Program-made: the position numbers and the translations under genes
Shown here: positions 38,993-49,923 of the stretch, one piece after another
Layout: the number at the start of each line of letters is the position of its first letter
How positions within the stretch are numbered: position 1 is the first letter of the stretch
Notes under the pieces: generated by a model
What the model saw: the letters and a program-made list of their open reading frames with translations, nothing else
What the model was told of the DNA's origin: nothing
The model's database searches: none
Origin: the human T2T-CHM13v2.0 reference genome, Homo sapiens
DNA length: 64,000 nt
Direction: 5' to 3' (one strand)
Assembly (NCBI RefSeq): GCF_009914755.1
Contig: NC_060940.1

Positions 38993-40140
38993 GACTCTCA
39001 ATAAGTGGGTGTTGATGATATATTGTCATTATTATTACATTTATTCCGATATCGAGAATATTTCTGAAGATGCTAATGGATAAAAGAGGCAATGAGTGAA
39101 TTCCAAGCAGCCTTAAAGTCCAGGCAATTCCGAGGAAATAATAATCTTCAGTGGCCTTAGAAAAGCCTCTAATCTCAGAGGTGCTGACAATGGATTTGGG
39201 TCCTGAAAAAGCTGCCAAGTCTGCAAAGAAAGAAAGCAGTGTTGCTTTTGAAGGGGAAATTCAGAAGGAAGCAGAGGTTTCAACAAAGCCATTTGGCATT
39301 TGAACCATCCCTGGTTTATGGTTCTCCAGAGCAGCGAGGACAGGTCTGCAAACACCAGAATGTGCTGTTTTTTTTTTCCTTGCGTTGATTTTATTCTGCA
39401 TTCTGTATTCTCGCTGGGCCGGATGCTGCCTGTGACTTGACTAATTATTTCCCGCATGAAGTGCGCTGAGTGCTTTGAATTTAAACATGATACCTTGAGG
39501 TCCCCGTGGCAGGCCCTGTCCCTCACCCTTGGCCCCACTGGGGCAGTCTTTGGATTCTTGCTGGAAAAAGGCCCAGTCAGCAGGATATGCTGCTGGAGAC
39601 ACCAAGGAGTCTATAAAAGCCCCTGGGAGTTTATTCTCAAGGTGGCGGCCCTTCCCCCTCTCCTGGGAGCTCCATTAGGCCCAGTCTGAAATCTGCACTT
39701 GTAAGAGATGGGGATGTGAGGGTCAACCGTGAACTCCATGAGAATACAACCTGTTGGTTTACTTTGTCATTGTATCCCCAGAATTTATCATGAGGCCTGG
39801 TACATAGTAGAACCTCAGTGAATATTTATTTGTTGGATTAATGAAAGAATTCTTCCCCAGAAGGTACTGGAAGGCCAGAACTCACTCTCCTGAATTTTAG
39901 GGCCCAGGAAGGCAAGTGTGTTGCCAAGAACTGAGACATGACTATGCATGGGTTACCTCAAGGTGCTTCACTTCCCCTGAGCCCTGGGACTCTTCAGGAG
40001 TTGTATTATGTGGTCGGTCTCTCATGTATGCATGTTCTACCGTAATGGAGAGACAGCGTGCAATGTTCTTTTATACACCAGTGGCTTTACACAGACCAAT
40101 CCCTCTGCCTGGTCACGGTTCCTTCCTCCTCACTTCCCGT

Positions 40141-40590
40141 TGAAACAGCCTTTGCAAAATTATAACAGTGAGAGAAATCTTACATAACTGACTCCGTCTT
40201 GATTCTAACCTCACAAGCTAACTTCCCTTGCTTATTCTTGTGCATAGGCCAAGCTAAATGAAGGAATTTAGTTTATAGTTTAACTTCAAAGCAAGGATGA
40301 CCTTCTCAAAACTGACCCCATCCTTGTTTGGGAACTGCAACCACCTTTGTAAAACTAATGAAAGGTCATAAACTTAGAATTTTGTTAGGCATCTGAATTC
40401 TGCTAAGATGTAGAGATGAACTCTAACCAGTCATTGCTTCTTCTGCTAAGCTAGGACCATAAACAATAGTCAGCTACTATTCTCTAGCTTCTTTTCTGTA
40501 ATTGCTTACTGCTCAGGAGTCATATAACTGGAGGTCACAAGATTTGTAACTTCCCCAGTTGCTTCTATAGATAACATCACTATTACAAAA
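40141..40590 (+). mobile_element. LTR8A-like LTR, 5' part only
   Basis: TGAAACAGCCTTTGCAAAATTAT...CTGACTCCGTCTTG...GATAACATCACTATT, then an abrupt switch to Alu. Confidence 0.8.
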
Positions 40591-40591
40591 A

Positions 40592-40725
40592 GTTTTTTAT
40601 TCTCTGTAGCAATGGGGTCTTGCTGTGTTTCCCAGGCCGGTCTTGAACTCTTGGCTTCAAGCAATCCTCTCTCCTTGGCATCTCAAAGCACTAGGATTAC
40701 AGGCATGAGCTGCCATACCTTGCTT
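40592..40725 (-). mobile_element. Alu left-arm/FLAM fragment
   Basis: TGGGGTCTTGCTGTGTTTCCCAGGCCGGTCTTGAACTC...GGATTACAGGCATGAG. Confidence 0.85.
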
Positions 40726-40782
40726 CTACAAACAATTTTTAAATGCTCCTTTCTCTTGCTCACCTTCTCTGAACTTAATGAG

Positions 40783-43170
40783 TAGATACTTTACTTTATT
40801 CTTTTGTGTTTATTGTAAATGGAGTTGCTTTCTTGATTTCTTCCTCAGCTAGTTTGTTATTGGTGTATAGAAACACTAGTGATTTTTGTATGTTGATTTT
40901 GTACCTGCATCTATACTGAATTTGTTAATCTACTCTGAAAGTCTTTTGGTGGCATCTTTAGGTTTTTCTCTGTAAGCAATCATGTCATCTGCAAACAGGG
41001 AAAATTTGACTTCCTTGTTTCCAATTTGAATGCCCTTTATTTTCTTCTGTCGCCTGATTCCTCTGGCTAGGACTTCCAGTATTATGTTGCATTAGAGTGG
41101 TGAAAGTGGGCAAGCTTGTCTTGTTCCAGTTCTTAGAGAAAAAGTGTTCTATTCCCCATTCTGTATGATGTTGGTTGTGGATTTATCATACATGGTCTTT
41201 GTTGTGTTGAAGTACATTGCTTTTATACCCAATTTGTTGAAAGTTTTTTTTTTTATCGTGAAAGAATATTGAATTTTATCAAATCTTTTTTTGTATCTGT
41301 TGAGATGATTACATGGTTATTATCCTTCATTCTGTTGATGTGATGTATCACATTTATTGATTTGCATATGTTGAACCCTCCTTGCATCCCTGGAATGATT
41401 CCTACTTCATTATAGTGTATAATCTTTTTGATGTGCTGTTGGATTTGGGTTGCTAGTATTTTGTTGAGAATTTTTGCATCTGTGTTAATCAGGGATATTT
41501 ACCTGTGGTTTTCTTTTTTGGTTGTGTTTTTGTCTGCTTTTGGTATCAGGGTAATGTTGACCTTGTAGAATGAGTTTGGAAGAACTTTCTCCTTTTCAGT
41601 TTTTTGGAGTGTTTGAAGAAAATTGGTGTTTGCTTTTAAAATGTTTGGTAGAATTCAGTAGTGAATCCATTGGTCTTAGGCTTTTCTTTTTTTGGGAAAC
41701 TCTATTATTGCTTTAATCTCATTACTTGTTATTGGTGTGTTCAGATTTTCTATTTCTTTCCGGTTGAATCTTTGCAGATTATATTTGTTCAGAAATTTAT
41801 CTATTTCTTCTAGGTTTTCCAATTTCTTGTATATAGTTGTTTGTAATAGTCTCTAATAATGTTTTAAAAATATCTGTGGTATCTAATGTCTTCTCTTTTT
41901 GTTCCTGATTTTATTTATTTGAGTCTTCTCTCTCTTTTTCTTTTCATAGTCTAGCTATGGTTTCTGATTTGCTAGTCTTTAAAAGAACAACTTTTCATTC
42001 TATTTATCTTTTGTATTTTTTAAATCCTACTTTGTTTTATTTTTTTCTGATATTTATTATTTCTTTCCTTTAATTAATTTTGGGTTTGGTTTGTTTTTGC
42101 TTTTCTAATTCCTTGAAGTGCATTGCTGAGTTGTTTACTTGAAACATTTCTATTTTTTGAATGTAGGCAATTATTACTATAAACTTCCCTGTTTGCTGTG
42201 TGCCACAGATTTTGATATGTTGTATTTCTATTTTCATTTGTTTCAAGACATTTTTAAACTTTCTTCTTAATTTCTTCACTGACCCATTGGTTGTTCCTAA
42301 GCATGTTATTTAATTTCCATGTATTTGTACAGTTTCCAAAGTTCCTCTTGTTGTTGATATCTAGTTTTATTTCATTGTAGATAGAAAATATACTTGATAT
42401 GATTTTGATTTTTAAAAACTTGTTGAGACTTGTATTGTGGCCTAACATATGGTCTATCCTGGAGAATGTTTCAAGGGAAAATATGTCCTACTGTTATTAG
42501 GTTGTACTCTATCTCCCCCTTTAGATCTATTTGTATTTGCTTTATGTATCTGAGTACTCTGGCGTTACGTGTATATATATTTATAATTGTTATATCTTCT
42601 TACTGAATTGATTGATCCCTTCCTTTATCATTATATAATGAGATTGTCTTTTTTCACAGTTTTTGGCTTAAAGTCTGTTTTATCTAAGTATAGCTACTCC
42701 TGCTTGATTTTAATGTTCATTTGCATAGAATATCATTCTCTATCCCTTTATTTTTAGTCTATGTGTGTCATTACAGATGAAGTGAGTTTCTTTTAGGCAG
42801 CATATTGTTGGGTCTTTAAAAAAATCCATTCAGCCAATCCATATCTTTTAATTGGGGAATTTACTTTATTTACATTTAAGGTTGTTATTGATGGGTGAAG
42901 ATGTACTCCTGTCATTTTGTCGATTGTTTTCTGGTTGTTTTGTATATCCCTTGTTCCTTTCTTCCTCTTTTTGTTTGTGGTTTGGTGGTTTTTTTTGTAG
43001 GGATAAGGTTTTATTCCTTTCCCTTTTGCATTTGTGTATCTGCTCTACCAGTGAGTTGTATACTTTCATATGTCTTCATTATGGTAGCTATGACTGGCCT
43101 TTTGCTTCCAGAGGTAGTACTTCTTTAAGCACTTCTTGTAAGGCTGATCTACTGGTGATGAATTCTTCAT
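40783..43170 (-). mobile_element. L1MA inverted 5' segment (end of ORF1 to mid ORF2, decayed)
   Basis: Antisense ORF2: ATCATGTCATCTGCAAACAGG, CTAGGACTTCCAGTATTATGTT, TTGCATATGTTGAACC. Confidence 0.93.
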
Positions 43171-45273
43171 TTAATTTAACCAAGGAGGTAAAAGATCTCT
43201 GAAATGAAAATTATAAAATTCTGATAAAAGAAACTGAAAAGGACACAAAAAATTAGAAAGACATCAAAAGTTCATGAATTGGAGGAATAAATATTGTTAA
43301 AATGAATACACTACCTAAGGCAATCTACAGATTCAATGCAATTCCTATTAAAATACCAATAACATTTTTCATAGAAATAGAAAAAAAATCCTAAGATTTA
43401 TATGGGATCACAAAAGACCCTGAATAGCCAAGCAATCCTAAGCAAAAAGTACAAAGCTGGAAGCATTACACTATGTGACCTCAAAATACAGTACAACCGT
43501 ATAACCAAAACGGCATAGTAATGGCATTAAAAACAGATACATAGACTAATGGCAACAGAATATAGTATCTAGAAATAAATCCATATATTTATAGCCAACT
43601 GATTTGCAACAAGGCACCAAGAATGTACACTTGGTGGAGAAAGGACAGTCTCCTTAGTGAATGATTCTGGGAAAATTAGATATCCATCTGCAGAAGAATG
43701 AAACTAGACCCCTATCTCTCACCATACACAAAAATCAACCCAAATGGATAAAAGACTTAAATATAAGACCTGAAACTGTGAAACCACAAGAGGAAAATGC
43801 AGGGAAATGTTTCTGAACATTGTACTGGCAGAGATTTCATGGTCAAAACCTCAAAGGCGTGTAAAACAAAATAAAAAATAGACAAGTGAATTTATATCGA
43901 ACTAAAAAGCTTCTGCACAGCAAAGGAAACAACAGAGTAAAGGGACAACCTACACATGGGGAGAAAGTATTTGCTAACTGTTCATTTGACAAGCGAGTAA
44001 TACCCAGAATATACCAAAAAACTCAATCAGTTGTATCCAGAATGTACAAAAAAACTCAGTCCAATGGTAAAAAAAAAAAAAAATCTGATTAAAAATGAGC
44101 AAATAATCTGAATAAACACTTCTCAAAAGAAGACATAAAAATGGCCAAGAAGCACATAAAGATGCTCAAGATCACTAATCATCAGGGAAATGCAAATCAA
44201 AACCACACAGAGATATCATCTCACTCCAGTTAGAACGGTGATTATAAAAAAGACAAAAACAAATAAGCAAACAAGTGCTGGTAAGAATGTAGAGTAAAGG
44301 GAACTCTTATGCACTCTGGTGGGAATGTAAATTAGTACACCCATTATGGTAAATAGCGCAGTGGTTTTTCAAAGAACTGAAAACAGAATTGTCTTATGAT
44401 TCAGCAGTGCCTTTACTGGGTATTTATCTAAAGGAAAGGAAATCACAATGTCAAAGAAATATCTGTACTCCCAAGTTTATAGCAGCACTATTCACAATAG
44501 CCAAGGTAAGAAATCAACCTAAGTGTCGATCAACAGATGAATGGATAAAGAAACTGTGCTATATATACACAATGGAATACTATTCAGCTATAAAAAGAAT
44601 GAAATCCTGCATTTGTGGCAACATGGATGAGCCTAGAGGACGTTATAAGTGAAATAAGCCAGGCACAGGAAGATAAATATTGTATGCTCTCTCATTCATG
44701 CAGTGGAAGCTAAATAAGTTGATCACATAGATGTTGAGAGTAGAATAGTGGTAACTAGAAGAGTGGGGGAAAGGAGGAATAGAGAAAGGTGGGTTAATAA
44801 ATACAAAATTACAGCTAGATATGAGGGAATAAGTTCTAGTGTTCCATAGAACTATAGGGTAACTATAGTTCAGGGGATCAGGGCAGAGCATCAGAAGGTG
44901 AGCATGGCTGGTGGGAGTTGGGCGAGCAGGGGGCAGCCCCTGGAGCTCAGGGGACCAGGGCAGAGCAGTCGCAGGTGAGCACGGGTTGGTGGGAGGTAGA
45001 ACGAGTAGGGGGCAGCTCCTGGAGCTCAGGGAACAGGGGAGAACATCAGAAGATGAGAAGGGCCGGTGGGAGTTAACAACTAACTCCATATTTTCAAAGC
45101 GCTAGAAGAGAGGATTTTAAATGTCCACAGCACAAAAAAATGATAATTATTTGAGGTGGTGGATATGCTCATTACCAGAATTTGATCATCATACATTGTA
45201 TACAGGTATTGAAATATCACGTTGTAACCCACAAATATGTACAATTACTACGTGTTAATTAAAAATTTAAAAA
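43171..45273 (+). mobile_element. L1MA (MA5-7-like) sense 3' segment: ORF2 C-terminus plus 3' UTR
   Basis: TTAACCAAGGAGGTAAAAGATCTCT...GCAATCTACAGATTCAATGCAATTCC...CTAGAAGAGAGGATTTT...AATATGTACAATTA..AATTAAAAA. Confidence 0.93.
44871..45074 (+). repeat. Inserted GC-rich 77-79 bp tandem repeat (~2.6 units), IgH S-gamma switch-repeat-like
   Basis: Units start at 44870, 44947 and 45026 (TCAGGGGACCAGGGCAGAGCA...GGTGAGCA...GGTGGGAG...CGAG(C/T)AGGGGGCAGC.CCTGGAGC); interrupts the L1 sequence CTATAGTT^AACAA; AGTT present at both ends. Confidence 0.8.
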
Positions 45274-45276
45274 GCA

Positions 45277-45328
45277 TATGGAGAGTGTTTCTTATGTAAG
45301 ACCTATGGAGAGTGTTTCTTATGTAAGA
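45277..45328. repeat. 27-bp-period tandem duplication
   Basis: TATGGAGAGTGTTTCTTATGTAAGA at 45277-45301 and 45304-45328. Confidence 0.95.
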
Positions 45329-45844
45329 TCAAACAGACCATCATCCCAAATGGATTACATGTGGTACTAGATAGCTTGATACAGAAGGTAATTCCTTTCC
45401 AGGAGAGTTGAGGGAGTCAGTCACTGGGGGTGGAAGTGGAGGAGGGAGAGATCAGGGCAAAAAAAAAAAAAAAAAAAAAAAAAAAGAGAGGAGGAAGTGG
45501 GCAGTTAATAAAGGAGAGAAGAAGGGAAGTGGAGAAAGAAAAGTTCAGTGAATTCCATAGGAGGGAGTAGTTTCTCCCAGACCTGGAGCAAGGTGGCATT
45601 TACTGTGTTAGTGCATCACTGAGTAACATAAGTGCTGTACTCAGAGGGCACAGGTGCAGACACACCTACAACACTTGGATGCATCTCGATCTGTTACTGC
45701 TCCCTGTTTCTGTCATTTGCACTGGAGTCCGAGGGGCGGAAGTTTCTGGAATACTCATATTAAGAATAACTCAGCATTTGTTCATCCGGCTTACAATGAC
45801 CTCATAAGAAATCAGTGAGGTCATCATGTTGTCCCTTCTCCCAC

Positions 45845-46297
45845 TGAAAGGAGTTAGCCGGCTTGCTTTAGGCAGACAGTAAGGAAAGGGTCCCCAGAGA
45901 ACCTCTGACCCACCCACAAGTGCTTACACCGGATTTTGTGCAGATAGGGAACATGCAAAGGGGATTTGCATAAACATACCTGCAGTGGAAAATTCCATTC
46001 CTTAACACATGTGCAGTAAGGAAAATAAATCAGCATGGAGTGGCTGAGTTTAAGGGCCCACAAATGCACTCGGAGGATGGGGTGGAGCTGCCAGGAATTT
46101 GCACCTTAAGCCTTGGTATTCAACTGTGAAGAGGGCAACTGGCAACTGCTTTCAGGACCCCTCTCTTTGCTGAGAGCTTTCCTTTTGCTTAATAAATTCT
46201 ACTCCACTCACTCTCTGGGGTTCAGGTGCCTGATTCTTCCTGGTCATGAGACAAGAACTCAGACCTAGCTGAGCTAAGGAGCAAAAGTCCTGTATCA
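45845..46297 (+). mobile_element. ERV1 solo LTR, MER61-like
   Basis: TG...CA termini, perfect TSD CCAC (45841-45844 / 46298-46301), AATAAA at ~46191; interrupts a MIR; subfamily from recall. Confidence 0.8.
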
Positions 46298-46349
46298 CCA
46301 CTAGTGTCCGTCACTCAAAGAGAGAAAAATTAACTTTGTTCAAGGGTGC

Positions 46350-46645
46350 GTTAGAGGGTGTGGGGACTGGGGAAATGTTGGTCAAAGGACACAAAATTTC
46401 AGTTAGGAAATAATTTCAAGAGATCTAGTGTACATTACAGTGACTGCAGTTAACAATATATTGTATACTTAAAAATTGCTGAGAGTAGATTTTAAGTGTT
46501 CTCATCACAGAAATAATGTGCGTTATGTGAGGTAATGCATATGTTAAGTAGCTTAATTTAGTCATTTCACAATATATACACATATCAAAACATCATGTTG
46601 TATACCATAAATATATACACTTTTTACTTGTCAATTAAAAAAGAG
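46350..46645 (+). mobile_element. L1MA9/10-like 3' end
   Basis: GGTCAAAGGACACAAAATTTCAGTTAG...AAATTGCTGAGAGTAGATTTTAAGTGTTCTCA...TTGTCAATTAAAAA. Confidence 0.85.
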
Positions 46646-46874
46646 AGAGAACACACAGCCACTCAGTTCTGGCTCAACTCCTGTGACAGACATCACTAAT
46701 CAATCATGGCACTACCTGATCCAACCCTTGATTCAGGCAGTCACGACTAATCAGATGCAGATGAAAGCTATTTGCTACTGGGCAAAGAATAAGACCATGC
46801 TGCCCCGGGTGGTATTTCAAGCCATACCCAGCATTATGTAACTCTCTCTCCATCATGGCCATTAATCGCTGTTG

Positions 46875-47426
46875 TATTACTGGAAAAGGCTCCCTATCCA
46901 GACCCCAAAAGACTGTTCTTGGATCTCACGCAAGAAAGAATTTGAGGCTGTTCCATAGAGTAAAGTGAAAGCAAGTTTATTACAAAAGTAAGCAAATAAA
47001 AGAATGCCTACTCCATAGGCAGAGTAGCCCAGAGGGGTGCTGGTTGCCCATTTTTATGGTTATTTCTTGATCATATACTAAGCAAGGTGTGGATTATTCA
47101 TGCCTCCCCTTTTTAGACCACGTAGGGTAACTTCCTGACGTTGCCATGGCATCTGTAAACTGTCATGGCAGTAGTGGGAGTGTAGCAGTGAGGATGACCA
47201 GATGTAACTTTCATCACCGCCTTGGTTTTGGTGGGCTTTGGCTGGCTTCTTTACTGCAACCTGTTTTGTCAGCAGGATCTTTATGACCTGTGTCTTGTCC
47301 GACCTCATGTCTCATCCTGTGACTTAGAATGCCTTAACCTCCTGGGAATGCAGCCCAGTAGGTCTCAGCCTTATTTTACCTAGCCCCTATTTAAGATGGA
47401 GTTGCTCTGGTCAAACACCTCTGACA
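46875..47426 (-). mobile_element. MER41A solo LTR
   Basis: CCAGACCCCAAAAG..GTTCTTGGATCTCACGCAAGAAAGAATT...GGGTAACTTCCTGACGTTGCCATGGCA...CACCTCTGACA; TSD GTTG (46871-46874 / 47427-47430); lacks the MER41B GAS block. Confidence 0.9.
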
Positions 47427-47592
47427 GTTGGACCAATGACTTTATGACCCCTGATCATTTCCACCTCCCGTTCATCTCCTTCTTCTCTTATGGAACCTCG
47501 CATCACACCTGCTCTCTCAACTTTGCTGAACCCTCCTTGACCAGGAAGCCTTATTTCACATAGATCCTTTGCTCCTATAGAATTCCTTAGAG

Positions 47593-47812
47593 CAGGATTT
47601 CTCACCCTTGGCACTATTGATATTTTGGGCATCTAGTTCTTTGTTGTGGGAGGCAGACCTGTGCGTTGTAGGCTGTATAGCAGCATCCCTGGTCTCTACT
47701 CACTCGAGGTGCCCTTATTCCCTTTCACAATTGTAACATCCAGAAATATCTCCAGGCACTGTCACATGTCCCCGGGGGATTAGGCAAATTTGCCTCTGCT
47801 TGAGAACCACTG
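47593..47812 (+). mobile_element. MER20 (hAT-Charlie)
   Basis: CAGGATTTCTCACCCTTGGCACTATTGATATTTTGGGC...AGCAGCATCCCTGGTCTCTAC...TTGAGAACCACTG. Confidence 0.9.
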
Positions 47813-48144
47813 CTTTAGAAGTTCTTCTTTGACCGTGATACCCCAAGCTGTTTGTGTTGTGAACATGCTTCATGACCATTGCATTTCGTAAGGCAGTAGC
47901 CAGGGCAATTGCTTGGAAGTGCTAATTAGATCAGGTCCATTCCCTGTTTAAAATCCATCAGGGGCTTCTCATGGCCCTCAGGATAAAGCTCCAAAGCTCT
48001 GCCTTGTCCTACCAGGTCTTGTTTTCTCCTCAATATTATCTTGGGCCACCTTCTCCCTGGATCACAAGAGACAGTGCCTGGGTCAGGAAATACTGGGAAT
48101 TGTACTCAGGTCACAAATACCTCCTGGGGAGGTACAACAGATAG

Positions 48145-48546
48145 TACTACAGATGCCCTTGACCTGTGGTAGCAGATGCTGGTGGCATCTCAGTTCTCAG
48201 ATGCTGATGGTTTTCTCTGACATTCTGGGGTGCTCTCTGGCCACTGGGATATCTTTGGCTTGTGCCTTGGGTAGATGAACATGCCAGAGAACTAATGCCC
48301 CAGGAGTAATGCTCAATGGATGAGGGATGGGAGTTTGGTGGATGAGTAGTCCAGCTTCCCCACCCTTGGGTGGGACAGTTCTGGGTGTGTCCCAGATGAA
48401 GCCCTACTTGCCCAATGGCAACCCATGTGTGAATGCACCCTCTGTTGGCTTTCCCATTTCCCCGTCTCATGTCTCACTTTCCCACTGGTGCTAACTGAGA
48501 TCATCCTCCAACTAAAGGACTTGCACCCAGGTTCTGTCTCAGGCTT
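48145..48546 (+). mobile_element. LTR16-like LTR
   Basis: CCAGCTTCCCCACCCTTGGGTGGGACAGTTCTG...CTCACTTTCCCACTGGTGCT...GACTTGCACCC. Confidence 0.7.
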
Positions 48547-49599
48547 AAATCATGTTCTCATAGTTGAAGGGCAACCAATGGCTGGGATGAATGTAATGTA
48601 AACAAGACAGACAAGACAGCCCATCCTTGTGGCTTGTGAGTCATGGACCTTTGGGATTTCCAGGACTTCTGAGAATGGACCTGGATGGCATTCAGGCTCA
48701 CAGGTGACTGGCCTGCACTGCATGGGGCTCTGTGGGAGTCTCCATTACCAAGAACCCCAGGAGATAATTTCAGAATCTGAGGCAAGCAAGTGTGGTGGTT
48801 AGTGCAGAGAATGGACTTGAATGTCTGGGTGTAAGTCCTGACTCTCTTGTGTGATTCTGAGCAAGTTACTTCTCTCACCTCGATTTTCTCCTCTGGATAA
48901 TAACTATATGATTGATTTATGGTCCAGACAGAAAACTGGGAGCATGAAGGGTATGCTGATAATAATCTATGCTGAACCATGGGCACGAACCAGGATGTGT
49001 GGGAATCCCTTACTCATCTGCTAAGTGGGGATAATAATAGTGCTTTTGGAGAACCCAAATGAAGACATGTTACTTTTTGAATCTTTGCAATAATCCTATG
49101 AGACAAGTACTATTATTATCCCCATTACAGGGATGAGGAAACTGACACCAAGGGAGGTGCAATGACCAGCTCAGGCCCTAGAACGTGCTCACATCTAGAC
49201 AGTGCTCTTGACCACAATGCTACAATGTGGGGGCGGGAAGGGGGCTGCACTGGTGGTACTGCCAGGTAGACGCCAGCTTTCTGAGCTCTCTGCAACGCTT
49301 GAGTGTCTGCTGTGTGCCAGCCCCTCACCTATGTCATCTCATTTATCCCTAGCACTACTCTCTGCCATCCAGGCACTGTTATGATCCCCGCCTAGCAGAC
49401 CTAACTATTCAGCGCTACCCTTGCCTGCTTCAGATTCTGAAAGCATCTCCCAGTGTTCTTGCTAAAGAGGCTCTGGAAGGGCTCCATATAATGCCAGTCA
49501 TTCACCTGCAAGCCCGGGAGCTGTCCTGGTTCCTTCTCAGAACTCCTGGGAATCCCCCAGATCCATTCCTCACAAGCCAAATGGATGGACTGAATCGTG

Positions 49600-49890
49600 T
49601 CTACATGAAGCTCAGCCATCAGTGGCCCTTTAATTATAAATGTATAAATTGAGCGTCTTTTATTTTTCAAGGCCATAAAACTATTCATTTAAAGTAGCTC
49701 CTGCTCAGCCTATCTTCACAGATAAACATAAATAAATCACACCACTTTTCCATGAATTATGCATTAAACACACATCTGTGAAACTTCCCCGTCAATGGTA
49801 GGACTTTGAACATATGGGGTTTTAATTGGACACTAAATCAATTTTCAAATCTCTGTTGATGGAATTAAAAAAATATTCCTAGCTTTATTT
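49600..49890. promoter_or_regulatory. Candidate developmental enhancer (HOX/PBX/FOX/T-box motifs)
   Basis: CCATAAAA 49673, TAAACA ~49723, ATAAATCA 49732, TCACACC 49737, TAAATCAA 49834; motif presence only. Confidence 0.35.
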
Positions 49891-49923
49891 AAACTGTCTG
49901 TCCTTGTTACATAAGAAAAATAG

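Noticed and set aside
39612-39619. TATA box TATAAAAG in unique DNA
   Set aside because: No CpG island or recognisable downstream exon; an L2 tail follows; expected by chance
44643-45105. 148-aa and 64-aa ORFs over the GC-rich insert; alternative SVA VNTR or processed-pseudogene origin
   Set aside because: ORFs run across L1 UTR and repeat. The unit does not resemble the SVA VNTR, and there is no poly-A or long TSD
44870-45328. CRISPR-like direct repeats
   Set aside because: Tandem units without unique spacers, no cas genes, primate context
46875-47426. MER41 interferon-inducible (STAT1/GAS) enhancer
   Set aside because: This copy reads TCATGCCTCCCCTTTTTAGACC without the tandem TTCC.GGAA block, i.e. 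MER41A type
48546-49067. Apparent split LTR16 resuming at TTTTGGAGAACCCAAATGAAGACA
   Set aside because: The distal piece is equally explained as a degenerate MIR continuing from CTCATCTGCTAAGTGGGGATAATAATAG
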